Below, one piece after another: positions 1 through 7,655 of a DNA stretch of 35,902 nt. The notes under the pieces are model-generated. The model was not told the origin of the DNA. It saw only the letters and a list, made by a program, of their open reading frames with translations, and searched no databases. Position 1 is the first letter of the stretch; each line of letters begins with the position of its first letter. The position numbers were made by a program, and so were the translations under genes. This DNA is from a bacterium (lineage in GTDB: Bacteria; Patescibacteriota; Minisyncoccia; UBA6257; Colwellbacteraceae): assembly GCA_043808035.1 (NCBI GenBank), contig JAZDFH010000014.1, positions 1-35,902 on the forward strand. The letters are read 5' to 3'.

Positions 1-2
1 AG

Positions 3-80
3 GCTCATGGTGGAGTGATTCATGCGGAGTCTGCTGGCCGAGACACGGGGAGTGTGTTTGTGGTGGAGATGCCGGTATAA
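3..80 (+). CDS. 3' end of a sensor histidine kinase gene (partial, runs off the left edge)
   Basis: Frame 3 reads AHGGVIHAESAGRDTGSVFVVEMPV then TAA at 78-80. The hGG-I-x-x-eS-x-x-G-x-GS-x-F-x-x-x-lP pattern is the typical extreme C-terminus of GHKL (HATPase_c) histidine kinases. Confidence 0.5.
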   Translation, partial: AHGGVIHAESAGRDTGSVFVVEMPV

Positions 81-193
81 AATCAAAACTGAAAATTCAA
101 AATTGCAACGCAAAAGTCAAAAATTATATCGACGCTTTGTGCGTGTCTCCGAAGTTTTAATTTTTAAGTTGCAATTTTTCTAAGTTTTGATTT
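80..193. repeat. Long imperfect inverted repeat / stem-loop in the HK-ileS spacer
   Basis: aaatcaaaact (80-90) is the exact reverse complement of agttttgattt (183-193). aaaattgcaac (99-109) is the exact reverse complement of gttgcaatttt (168-178). The inner part acgcaaaagtc ... gacgctttgtgcgt pairs imperfectly. Confidence 0.6.
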
Positions 194-309
194 AATGCTT
201 ATTCATTATTCGAGTTAAATGGAGTTTCGTGTTGTTTTTTTCTAGATGCCAAATTCTTGATTCATTCGCATTATTCTATTTTTATACGGTCTTTGTTATA
301 GTAGAAGGT

Positions 310-3300
310 ATGACAGACGAGTTTAAAAAGAGTACAAATGCTCAAAAGGAAGAAGAGATATTAACTTTTTGGCGGGATAATGAGATTTTTCAAAAAACAG
401 TATCAAAGAAATCTCCGAATGGTGATTTTGTTTTTTATGATGGTCCGCCGTTTGCAACAGGTCTACCACATTATGGACATTTATTGGCGGGTACGATAAA
501 GGACGCTATTCCTCGTTATCAAACAATGAGAGGGAAAGCTGTTCGGAGACAATGGGGATGGGATTGCCACGGATTACCGATAGAGAATCTTATCGAAAAA
601 GAATTGGGGCTTAAGAATAAACAGGACATTGAAATTTATGGTGTCGAAAAATTCAACGATGCGGCCAAGAGTAGCGTATTGCGATATGACAAAGAATGGA
701 AAGAGATCATTCCGCGTGTCGGGAGATTTGTCGATATGGACCATAGTTACAAGACGATGGATTGGACATATTCGGAATCAATTTGGTGGGCATTTAGTGA
801 ACTGTACAAGAAAGACTTTGCATATGAAGGATACAAATCAATGCATATTTGTCCGCGGTGTGAGACAACGTTGGCAAATTCGGAAGTAGCACAAGGGTAT
901 AAAGATATAAAAGACCTTTCCGTTATTGCAAAGTTTGAACTTGTTGATGAGCCGAATACGTTTGTGCTTGCTTGGACTACAACGCCATGGACGCTTCCGG
1001 GGAATGTAGCTTTGGCGGTTGGAAAAGATATTTCATATGTCAAAGTAAAGATCGATAAAGGGAAATATTCAGGTGAAACATATATCATTGCCGGCGAACG
1101 CATGACTGACATTTTACAAAAATCAGGCATGTTGGGAGATGCGATTGATCCACTGAAAGATAGTCCTGTTGAGTTGATTGCCGAAATTGTTCATTTGAAA
1201 GGATCGGATCTTATAGGGAAAGCATACAAGCCACTCTTTGATTATTATGCGAATAAAGAAGATTTGGAGAATCGTGAAAATGGATGGAAAATATATGCTG
1301 CTGATTTTGTAACGACAGAAGAAGGTACGGGGGTCGTTCATATTGCTCCGGCGTTTGGTGAGGACGATATGAATCTTGGCGCAGAGTATAAGTTACCGTT
1401 TGTACAACATGTAAAGATGAACGGTACGTTTACTGACGAGGTAATTCCTTTTGCCGGAATGCCGGTGAAGTCGAAAGATGCGCCGCAATCGACGGATATA
1501 GAGATCATCAAATATCTCGCCAAAGAAGGGAAACTTTTTTTGAAAGAAAAATATGAGCATTCATATCCTCATTGTTGGAGGTGTGATACTCCTCTTTTGA
1601 ATTATGCCGCATCGTCGTGGTTTATTAAGGTAACAGCTTTACGAGATAGGCTGGTTGAAAGTAATAAAAATATAACATGGGTCCCTGAAAATATTCGTGA
1701 CGGCCGTTTTGGAAAATGGTTGGAAGGAGCGCGAGATTGGGCCGTGTCCCGATCTCGATATTGGGGAGCTCCGTTGCCGGTGTGGAAATGTAATACCTGT
1801 GAAACTGTGGAAGTCTGTGGCTCTGTAGAGGAAGTTAAGAAAATGACAAAACTTTCAGGAAACAATTATTTCATCGTGCGACATGGCGAGGCAGAAAGTA
1901 ATGCGGGAAATTTTGTAAGCTCGAATGTCAGCAATAAACATCATCTTACCAAGAAAGGAGAATCGCAAGTTGTTGCGGTAGCCACAGAATTAAAGGAGAG
2001 AAAAATCACACGTATTTTTTCATCTGACTTTGTGCGAACGCGCGAAACGGCAGAGTGTATCGCTGAGACAATTGGTTTCGCAAAAGAAGATATTATTTTC
2101 GATACGCGATTGAGAGAAGTAAATACTGGAGATTTTGATGGAAAACCAGTTCAAGAATATTTCGATTTTTTCAATTCTATCGAGGAAAAGTTTGTAAAAC
2201 GTCCACCAAATGGTGAAACGGCGAGTGAGATTAAGCAACGAGTAGGGAATTTTTTATATGACATCGAGAAGCAGTACCATGATGAAAATATTCTTATTGT
2301 TTCGCATGAATATCCTTTATGGCTCCTTTGTGCAGCGGCTACAGGTGCTGATGTAGAACGTGCATCTGACATGAAGAGAGCACGAGTAGGGGAATTTATT
2401 TTTAACGCGGAGCTGCAGGAGCTTCCATTTATTCCATTACCGCACAATCGTGATTATGAGTTGGATGTCCATCGCCCATATATCGATGAAATAGTATTTT
2501 CGTGCCCTTGCGGAGGAGAAAAACATCGTATACCTGAAGTGTTTGATTGTTGGTTCGAATCAGGTTCAATGCCCTATGCACAGTTTCATTATCCATTCGA
2601 AAATAAAGAATTATTTGAACGGAATTTTCCGGCTGATTTTATTGCAGAAGGAGTTGACCAAACAAGAGGCTGGTTTTATACGTTATTGGTCTTGTCAGTC
2701 GGCCTTTTTGATAAAGCGGCATTTAAAAACGTCATTGTAAACGGTCTTATTCTTGCAGAGGATGGACAAAAAATGTCAAAGCGGCTTAAGAATTATCCTG
2801 ATCCGCTCTATCTTGTGAACCGATATGGCGCGGATGCATTGCGATACTATATGTTATCTTCTCCTGTCGTCCATGGAGAAGAATTGCGGTTTTCGGAAAA
2901 AGGCGTTGATGAAGTATTCAAGAAGGTTATATTGCGGCTCAATAATGTGTGTTCATTCTATGATATGTATGCAGATGTATTACATACTCTTGATATGCAT
3001 AAAGGAAGTACTCATGTATTGGATTTATGGATACAATCCAGACTTAATCAATTAATATCAGAAGTTGAGTCTGCAATGGATAAATATACGTTAGATCAAG
3101 CGGTAAAACCAATTGCATCATTTATTGATGGCCTTTCGACATGGTATCTTCGTCGATCAAGGGATCGATTTAAGTCTCATCTGACAGATTCTCAAACAGC
3201 AGGAGAACAAGTAGACGAAAATGAGGACAAACTATATGCGATTGCGACCACTCGTTATGTCCTTGAGACGCTTGCGAAGGTTATGGCGCCGTTTATGCCA

Positions 3301-4002
3301 TTTATTGCTGAAGAGGTTTATCAAAAAGTTACAGTGGGCATCTGTAAGGCTAAAAAGTATTGTGCCGCTACGGATACATCCACACAGTGCGTTTGTGGAT
3401 GTAAAGATAGTGTTCATCTGCAGGATTGGCCGACATGTGGGATGGTTGATATGAAAAAAATAACGGCAATGCAAGAAGCCCGTAGCGTTGTAGAGGCAAC
3501 ACTTGCAGCGCGGTCAAAAACGGGAATAAAAGTAAGGCAGCCACTAGAAAGCGTTTTCTACACCACAACGAGCAAGGAATCATTCCCTGTAGCATACGAA
3601 GCTATTATTGCCGATGAAATCAACGTAAAAAAAGTTATCTTTAAAGAAGAAATAGCAACAGATGATTTACAGGAAGATGATCGATACCAAATCGTAGAAG
3701 GGGACGGAGTGATTGTTGTATTACATACAGAGATAACAGATGAGTTAAGAAAGGAAGGAAATTTTCGTGATCTCGTCAGGTGTATTCAAGATATACGAAA
3801 AAAACAAAATTTGACTCCTCGAGATGCAATTGTTATACGAGTATTCTCGGATAACGAGGGCATTCAGTTTATTAAATCTTGTGAAACTGAACTGCAACAA
3901 GCGACAAATGCGGAAGAAATTATATTCGAAATAGCTGCACTCGAAAATGCTTATTCGATAACGATTGGGTCTATGACATTTTCTTTATTTGTTGCTGTAT
4001 GA
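310..4002 (+). CDS. ileS: Isoleucyl-tRNA synthetase (class I, eukaryote-like/type 2 layout) carrying an internal histidine-phosphatase domain
   Basis: HIGH motif PHYGHLLAG and KMSKS motif KMSKRLKNYP are present. IleRS blocks WTTTPWTLPGN, WRCDTPLLNYAASSWFIKV, DWAVSRSRYWGAPLPVW, DCWFESGSMPYAQ and EGVDQTRGWFYTL are all there. I moved the start from the track's 229 to ATG 310 (MTDEFKK..EEILTFW), where IleRS similarity begins. Confidence 0.96.
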   Translation: MTDEFKKSTNAQKEEEILTFWRDNEIFQKTVSKKSPNGDFVFYDGPPFATGLPHYGHLLAGTIKDAIPRYQTMRGKAVRRQWGWDCHGLPIENLIEKELGLKNKQDIEIYGVEKFNDAAKSSVLRYDKEWKEIIPRVGRFVDMDHSYKTMDWTYSESIWWAFSELYKKDFAYEGYKSMHICPRCETTLANSEVAQGYKDIKDLSVIAKFELVDEPNTFVLAWTTTPWTLPGNVALAVGKDISYVKVKIDKGKYSGETYIIAGERMTDILQKSGMLGDAIDPLKDSPVELIAEIVHLKGSDLIGKAYKPLFDYYANKEDLENRENGWKIYAADFVTTEEGTGVVHIAPAFGEDDMNLGAEYKLPFVQHVKMNGTFTDEVIPFAGMPVKSKDAPQSTDIEIIKYLAKEGKLFLKEKYEHSYPHCWRCDTPLLNYAASSWFIKVTALRDRLVESNKNITWVPENIRDGRFGKWLEGARDWAVSRSRYWGAPLPVWKCNTCETVEVCGSVEEVKKMTKLSGNNYFIVRHGEAESNAGNFVSSNVSNKHHLTKKGESQVVAVATELKERKITRIFSSDFVRTRETAECIAETIGFAKEDIIFDTRLREVNTGDFDGKPVQEYFDFFNSIEEKFVKRPPNGETASEIKQRVGNFLYDIEKQYHDENILIVSHEYPLWLLCAAATGADVERASDMKRARVGEFIFNAELQELPFIPLPHNRDYELDVHRPYIDEIVFSCPCGGEKHRIPEVFDCWFESGSMPYAQFHYPFENKELFERNFPADFIAEGVDQTRGWFYTLLVLSVGLFDKAAFKNVIVNGLILAEDGQKMSKRLKNYPDPLYLVNRYGADALRYYMLSSPVVHGEELRFSEKGVDEVFKKVILRLNNVCSFYDMYADVLHTLDMHKGSTHVLDLWIQSRLNQLISEVESAMDKYTLDQAVKPIASFIDGLSTWYLRRSRDRFKSHLTDSQTAGEQVDENEDKLYAIATTRYVLETLAKVMAPFMPFIAEEVYQKVTVGICKAKKYCAATDTSTQCVCGCKDSVHLQDWPTCGMVDMKKITAMQEARSVVEATLAARSKTGIKVRQPLESVFYTTTSKESFPVAYEAIIADEINVKKVIFKEEIATDDLQEDDRYQIVEGDGVIVVLHTEITDELRKEGNFRDLVRCIQDIRKKQNLTPRDAIVIRVFSDNEGIQFIKSCETELQQATNAEEIIFEIAALENAYSITIGSMTFSLFVAV
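1861..2436 (+). other. Histidine phosphatase (PGAM-like, His_Phos_1-type) domain embedded in the ileS reading frame
   Basis: The ordered motifs are FIVRHGEAESN, FSSDFVRTRETAE, LREVNTGDFDG, PPNGETASEIKQRV and ILIVSHEYP. The segment lies between the two halves of the IleRS zinc knuckle (CNTC ... CPCGG). Confidence 0.8.
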
Positions 4003-4020
4003 TGTGCTGAGAAAGTTTAA

Positions 4021-4065
4021 GTCAATAAAAAAACATCCTCTTCTAAAGGATGTTTTTTTATTGAC
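4021..4065. terminator. Bidirectional terminator hairpin shared by convergent ileS and trpS
   Basis: Perfect 19-bp inverted repeat gtcaataaaaaaacatcct / aggatgtttttttattgac with a 7-nt loop. The A7/T7 runs give a U-tract in both directions. Confidence 0.85.
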
Positions 4066-5045
4066 TATATGAGACCGATTTTTTTATGTATCTTTTGTAA
4101 TGTTACGTTTGCGTGTTTTTCAGCAGTTCGGGCATTTCGCGCAAGCGCTTTCATAACTGCTTCTTTGTTTTTTATAATTTCTTGCCGCTTTTCTCGAAAT
4201 GGTTTGAATTTTTCTATAACTATTTTTGTTAACGATTCTTTGAAAGGAGCATATCCCGCGTTTTTGAACTCACTTACTACCTTTTTTATTGGTACATCGG
4301 AGAGTTCTGAGTATATGAGAACAAGGTTTGACACACCAGGACGTTTTTCTGGATTGTACTCTATTGTTCGTTCAGAGTCTGTTACCGCTCGTTTAATTTT
4401 GTCTCGTATTACTTGTGGCGTGTCAGAAAGATATAGACATCCATTCGGCAATGACTTCGACATTTTTTTAAAAGGGTTATCAAGACTCATGACACGAGGA
4501 ATTTTTGTGTACAAGGCTTTTGGTTCTTTAAATGTTTTACCAAACGTATTGTTAAACGTACGCGCAATGTCACGTGCTAATTCAACATGTTGTCGTTGAT
4601 CTTCACCGACGGGAACATATACGGCGTTGTAAATAAGAATGTCTGCCGCCATAAGAACAGGATAACTAAAGAGTCCAAGGTTGGGGGTATGCCCTTCTTG
4701 GAGTTTTTCTTTGTACTCAATCATATTCGAGAGTCTTCCTGTTGATGTCACAGTGCCGAGTATCCATGAAAGGTTCGTATGTGCTTGTACGTGTGACTGA
4801 ATAAAGATAGTTGATTTCTTTATATCCAATCCCGCGGCAATGAAATCGATAATGACATTGAATATTTCTTTCCTTTTTTCTTTTGGTGAATAATTTTGTG
4901 TAATGGAATGGTAATCGGCAATAAAAAAATAACAATCGTATTTATTTGAGTCTTGCAACGCAACCGCATTTTCGACAGTACCGAGATAATTCCCAACGTG
5001 TAATTTTCCTGACGGCTTAATACCGGTAACAATATTTGGTTTCAT
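4065..5045 (-). CDS. trpS: Tryptophanyl-tRNA synthetase
   Basis: GIKPSGKLHVGNYLG (HIGH-type), KMSKS within FKKMSKSLP, and VPVGEDQRQHVELARDIA are present, and the size fits. Start set at ATG 5045 (MKPNIVTG...) rather than the track's 5081. Confidence 0.94.
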   Translation of the reverse strand: MKPNIVTGIKPSGKLHVGNYLGTVENAVALQDSNKYDCYFFIADYHSITQNYSPKEKRKEIFNVIIDFIAAGLDIKKSTIFIQSHVQAHTNLSWILGTVTSTGRLSNMIEYKEKLQEGHTPNLGLFSYPVLMAADILIYNAVYVPVGEDQRQHVELARDIARTFNNTFGKTFKEPKALYTKIPRVMSLDNPFKKMSKSLPNGCLYLSDTPQVIRDKIKRAVTDSERTIEYNPEKRPGVSNLVLIYSELSDVPIKKVVSEFKNAGYAPFKESLTKIVIEKFKPFREKRQEIIKNKEAVMKALARNARTAEKHANVTLQKIHKKIGLI

Positions 5046-5159
5046 AACAGTATTGTACAAAAAGTGGATAGAGGATGACAAATGAGAGAAAATAATTCAA
5101 AAATTAAAACGCAAAATTGTAACGAAAAAATAAAAACTGAAACTAAAAGACATGGTTGG

Positions 5160-5228
5160 TAAATTTCAAATATCAAAATCAACCCGCCTGAATGACTGAT
5201 GTATTCAGTCGGGCAGGAATACCAAATG
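5160..5228 (-). repeat. About 70-bp hairpin-containing intergenic repeat, copy A (inverted relative to copy B)
   Basis: The reverse complement reads catttggtattcctgcccgactgaatacatcagtcattcaggcgggttgattttgata..tttgaaattt. The first 35 nt differ at one position from 7558-7592, and identity over the whole element is roughly 85-90% by eye. Confidence 0.8.
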
Positions 5229-5340
5229 ACTGAATCCTCCATCCGCCAACCGGCAGCTGGCAGACAAAACATCATGCAGTCTCTTTTTGACATTTGTGTT
5301 TTGTTATTCCTTTGATATTGGAATTTTGTATTTTGGTATT

Positions 5341-5366
5341 AAAAAAGAACCCGAAGGTTCTTTTTT
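5341..5366. terminator. Terminator hairpin downstream of the RNase J gene
   Basis: aaaaaagaacc cgaa ggttctttttt is a perfect 11-bp stem with a tetraloop and A6/T6 flanks. Confidence 0.8.
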
Positions 5367-5370
5367 AAAC

Positions 5371-7152
5371 TTACACTTCAATCACGACTGGTAAAACCAT
5401 TGGTCGACGATAAGTCTTATTATATAAGAATTGTCCGAGCTGGTCTCGCATAAGTGATTTTAAGTAATCGGCATCAAGTTGTTGTTTTCTCGGGATATGG
5501 TCTGCTATGGCGCGTATTTTTTGTCGGACTTGCTTCAACATATCTTGATTGTCTTTCAGGTAAATAAATCCTCTCGATATGATATCGGGATTTTTTAAAA
5601 CACGGCCGGTCTTTCTATCGAGTGTTACAATGATAACAATCATGCCTTCTTGAGCAAGCATTTTTCTGTCGCGTAAGACGATTTCTCCAACATCCCCGAC
5701 ACCAAGGCCGTCGACCATGACGTAGTGTGCAGGTACGGTTTCATCAGTAATGACAAAATGTTGTTTGGAGAGTACGGCAACGCTTCCGTTGTCGAGCATT
5801 CTGACATTTTCTTTTTTTACACCCGCTTCAATCGCGTTCTGACAATTAACTACACGCATGTAGTAGTGTCCATGTACGGGCATGAAGAAATCTGGTTTTA
5901 AAATACGAACGACGGTTTTGATATCTTCTTGTGTAGCATGTCCGCTTGCGTGAATGTCGATGACTTTCGTATGGTAGATGCTTGCTCCTTGTCGAGAGAT
6001 ATTGTCTTTTAATGACTGGACACTTCGTTCGTTTCCAGGGATAACCGAAGAAGAAAAGACGACACCATCTCCTGGTTTTAATTGGATATGCCTATGCTCG
6101 CCGCTCACGATACGCATCAATCCTGCGTTAGATTCTCCTTGTGCGCCGGTTGAGAGGATAAGAAGATTCTTATCTTTATATTTATGGATTTCTTCTATAG
6201 GAATGATTGTGTCTTCGCTTACTTTGATGTATCCCAAATTACGAGCGATCTGAATATTGTTTTTCATTGATCGGCCATTTATAGCGACCTTCCGTCCCAT
6301 TTTTTCTGCGATGTGCATAATTTCACCGATACGAGTGATCATGGAAGAGAACGTCGCAAGAATGATGCGACCTTCCATTTTTTTAAAAAGCATTGCCAAA
6401 TTTTTTTCTACCGTTTTTTCAGAAACGGATTGCCCTGCTTCTTCGGCATTTGTACTGTCTGCCATAAATGTGTGAACACCCATTTTCCCAATGCGTTCAA
6501 CGGTTTCTAGTCCAAGTGGTTTACCGTCTTCCGTGTAGTCTATACGAAAGTCTGCAAAGTAAACTAAATTGCCAATAGGAGTTTTAATAATAACTCCTGT
6601 AGTGTCCGGTACGGTATGAGATACTTCGAAAAATTCAAATTCAAAATATTTTCCAACTTTCGCCATATAGCCGTTTTGTACCGTGGTGATATTCAATTTA
6701 GGAACATTCACAAATTCTTCTTGTCGTTTTTCAACGATAGCTTTGGTAAGTTTTTGTGTATAGATGGGAGGATTACCTAGTCTGCTGGAAAGATATGGGA
6801 CTGCACCAATATGATCAAAGTGAGCGTGTGTAAGGACAATCGCTTTAATATTATCCTTTTTAGGTATAAGCGAGGTAATATTTGGGATGATGTAATCAAT
6901 ACCAGGTGTTTCTTCTTCGGGGAACTGAAAACCCATATCGATGATTACGATCTCATCTTTATATTCGATGTACATCATATTCCTGCCTATTTCTTCAAGT
7001 CCGCCAAGAGGAACAACTCGGATGCCGTTCAATGTTGATGAATTTGTTTGTTTCCGTTGTCGTGGATTACTGTCAGATTCGCTTTCAGGGCGGATCTTTG
7101 GATTACTTGGCACTACAAAATGTTGTTGTGCCGATTTTGGTTGTATTATCAT
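5371..7152 (-). CDS. rnj: Ribonuclease J (metallo-beta-lactamase / beta-CASP RNase)
   Basis: VLTHAHFDHIGAVP (HxHxDH), HASGHATQEDIK, PVHGHYYM and a C-terminal domain match the length and layout of RNase J. A roughly 45-aa polar N-terminal extension precedes the MBL core. Confidence 0.92.
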   Translation of the reverse strand: MIIQPKSAQQHFVVPSNPKIRPESESDSNPRQRKQTNSSTLNGIRVVPLGGLEEIGRNMMYIEYKDEIVIIDMGFQFPEEETPGIDYIIPNITSLIPKKDNIKAIVLTHAHFDHIGAVPYLSSRLGNPPIYTQKLTKAIVEKRQEEFVNVPKLNITTVQNGYMAKVGKYFEFEFFEVSHTVPDTTGVIIKTPIGNLVYFADFRIDYTEDGKPLGLETVERIGKMGVHTFMADSTNAEEAGQSVSEKTVEKNLAMLFKKMEGRIILATFSSMITRIGEIMHIAEKMGRKVAINGRSMKNNIQIARNLGYIKVSEDTIIPIEEIHKYKDKNLLILSTGAQGESNAGLMRIVSGEHRHIQLKPGDGVVFSSSVIPGNERSVQSLKDNISRQGASIYHTKVIDIHASGHATQEDIKTVVRILKPDFFMPVHGHYYMRVVNCQNAIEAGVKKENVRMLDNGSVAVLSKQHFVITDETVPAHYVMVDGLGVGDVGEIVLRDRKMLAQEGMIVIIVTLDRKTGRVLKNPDIISRGFIYLKDNQDMLKQVRQKIRAIADHIPRKQQLDADYLKSLMRDQLGQFLYNKTYRRPMVLPVVIEV

Positions 7153-7281
7153 GATTCGTTTATTTTTTATACGATAGTTATCGTATTTTTTATGTGTTGT
7201 ACATAAGCATTCATTATATTGTTCGACCGATGCTTGAGTACATTTTTTGTAAAAAGATGCTCGTCAGACGTGCACTTTTTG

Positions 7282-7363
7282 TGCCCGAGGGGAGACTCGA
7301 ACTCCCAAGGGTTACCCCACAGCGACCTGAACGCTGCGTGTCTACCAATTTCACCACCCGGGC
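7282..7363 (-). tRNA. tRNA-Leu (anticodon CAG), class II with a long variable arm; no encoded CCA
   Basis: The reverse complement folds as GCCCGGG TG GTG AAATTGGTAGA CAC G CAGCG TTCAGGT CGCTG TGGGGTAACCCTT GGGAG TTCGAGT CTCCC CTCGGGC A. It has a 7-bp acceptor stem (one G-U), a GTTCGAGTC T-loop and CAG in the anticodon loop. Confidence 0.93.
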
Positions 7364-7557
7364 AAGGTGTGTCTATACAAAAAATTGCCGATTAAAGAAC
7401 GGGTTTATATAATACGAAAACAATCACTCGTTTATAATGTGGATAAGTAAACACTCTATAAGGGATTACACTCTATATTTAAACTATAAACCGAAAATAT
7501 CATGTTTGTCAATCTGCTGCAGTTAAAAAAGAACCGTACAACCTTTTAGCATTAAAT

Positions 7558-7631
7558 CATTTGGTATTTCTGCCCGACTGAATACATCAGTCGTTCAGTC
7601 GGGTGAATTTTGGAATTCGACATTTGAAATC
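7558..7631 (+). repeat. About 70-bp hairpin-containing intergenic repeat, copy B
   Basis: catttggtatttctgcccgactgaatacatcagtcgttcagtcgggtgaattttgg...tttgaaatc. It contains the hairpin cccgactgaa / ttcagtcggg. Confidence 0.8.
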
Positions 7632-7655
7632 TTTGTTATTTTATTCATTTTCCTA

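Noticed and set aside
229-309. 27-codon N-terminal extension of the ileS ORF in the track (start at 229, MLFFSRCQILDSF...)
   Set aside because: The extension is hydrophobic junk with no IleRS similarity and starts at a non-ATG codon. IleRS similarity begins exactly at ATG 310 (MTDEFKK...EEILTFW).
1861-2436. The ileS insert as an intein or a frameshift-fused neighbouring gene
   Set aside because: There is no Cys/Ser/Thr at the upstream junction and no His-Asn plus nucleophile at the downstream junction, so it does not look like an intein. The frame is continuous and IleRS motifs resume in the same frame, so it is a domain insertion and not two fused genes.
4069-4599. 176-aa plus-strand ORF antisense to trpS, and the 83-aa ORF at 5042..5293
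   Set aside because: These are shadow ORFs opposite or adjacent to a confidently identified gene. Their composition is low-complexity and Phe/Cys/Arg-rich, and I recognise no motifs.
5046-5370. T-box riboswitch leader upstream of trpS
   Set aside because: Alternative hairpins exist, but reading the minus strand I find no T-box consensus (AAnnnGGGTGGTACCGCG-like). The hairpin region is a copy of a repeat also found at 7558-7631 in a non-leader context.
7194-7412. 72-aa plus-strand ORF
   Set aside because: It is entirely overlapped by the well-folded tRNA-Leu on the opposite strand and has no start context.
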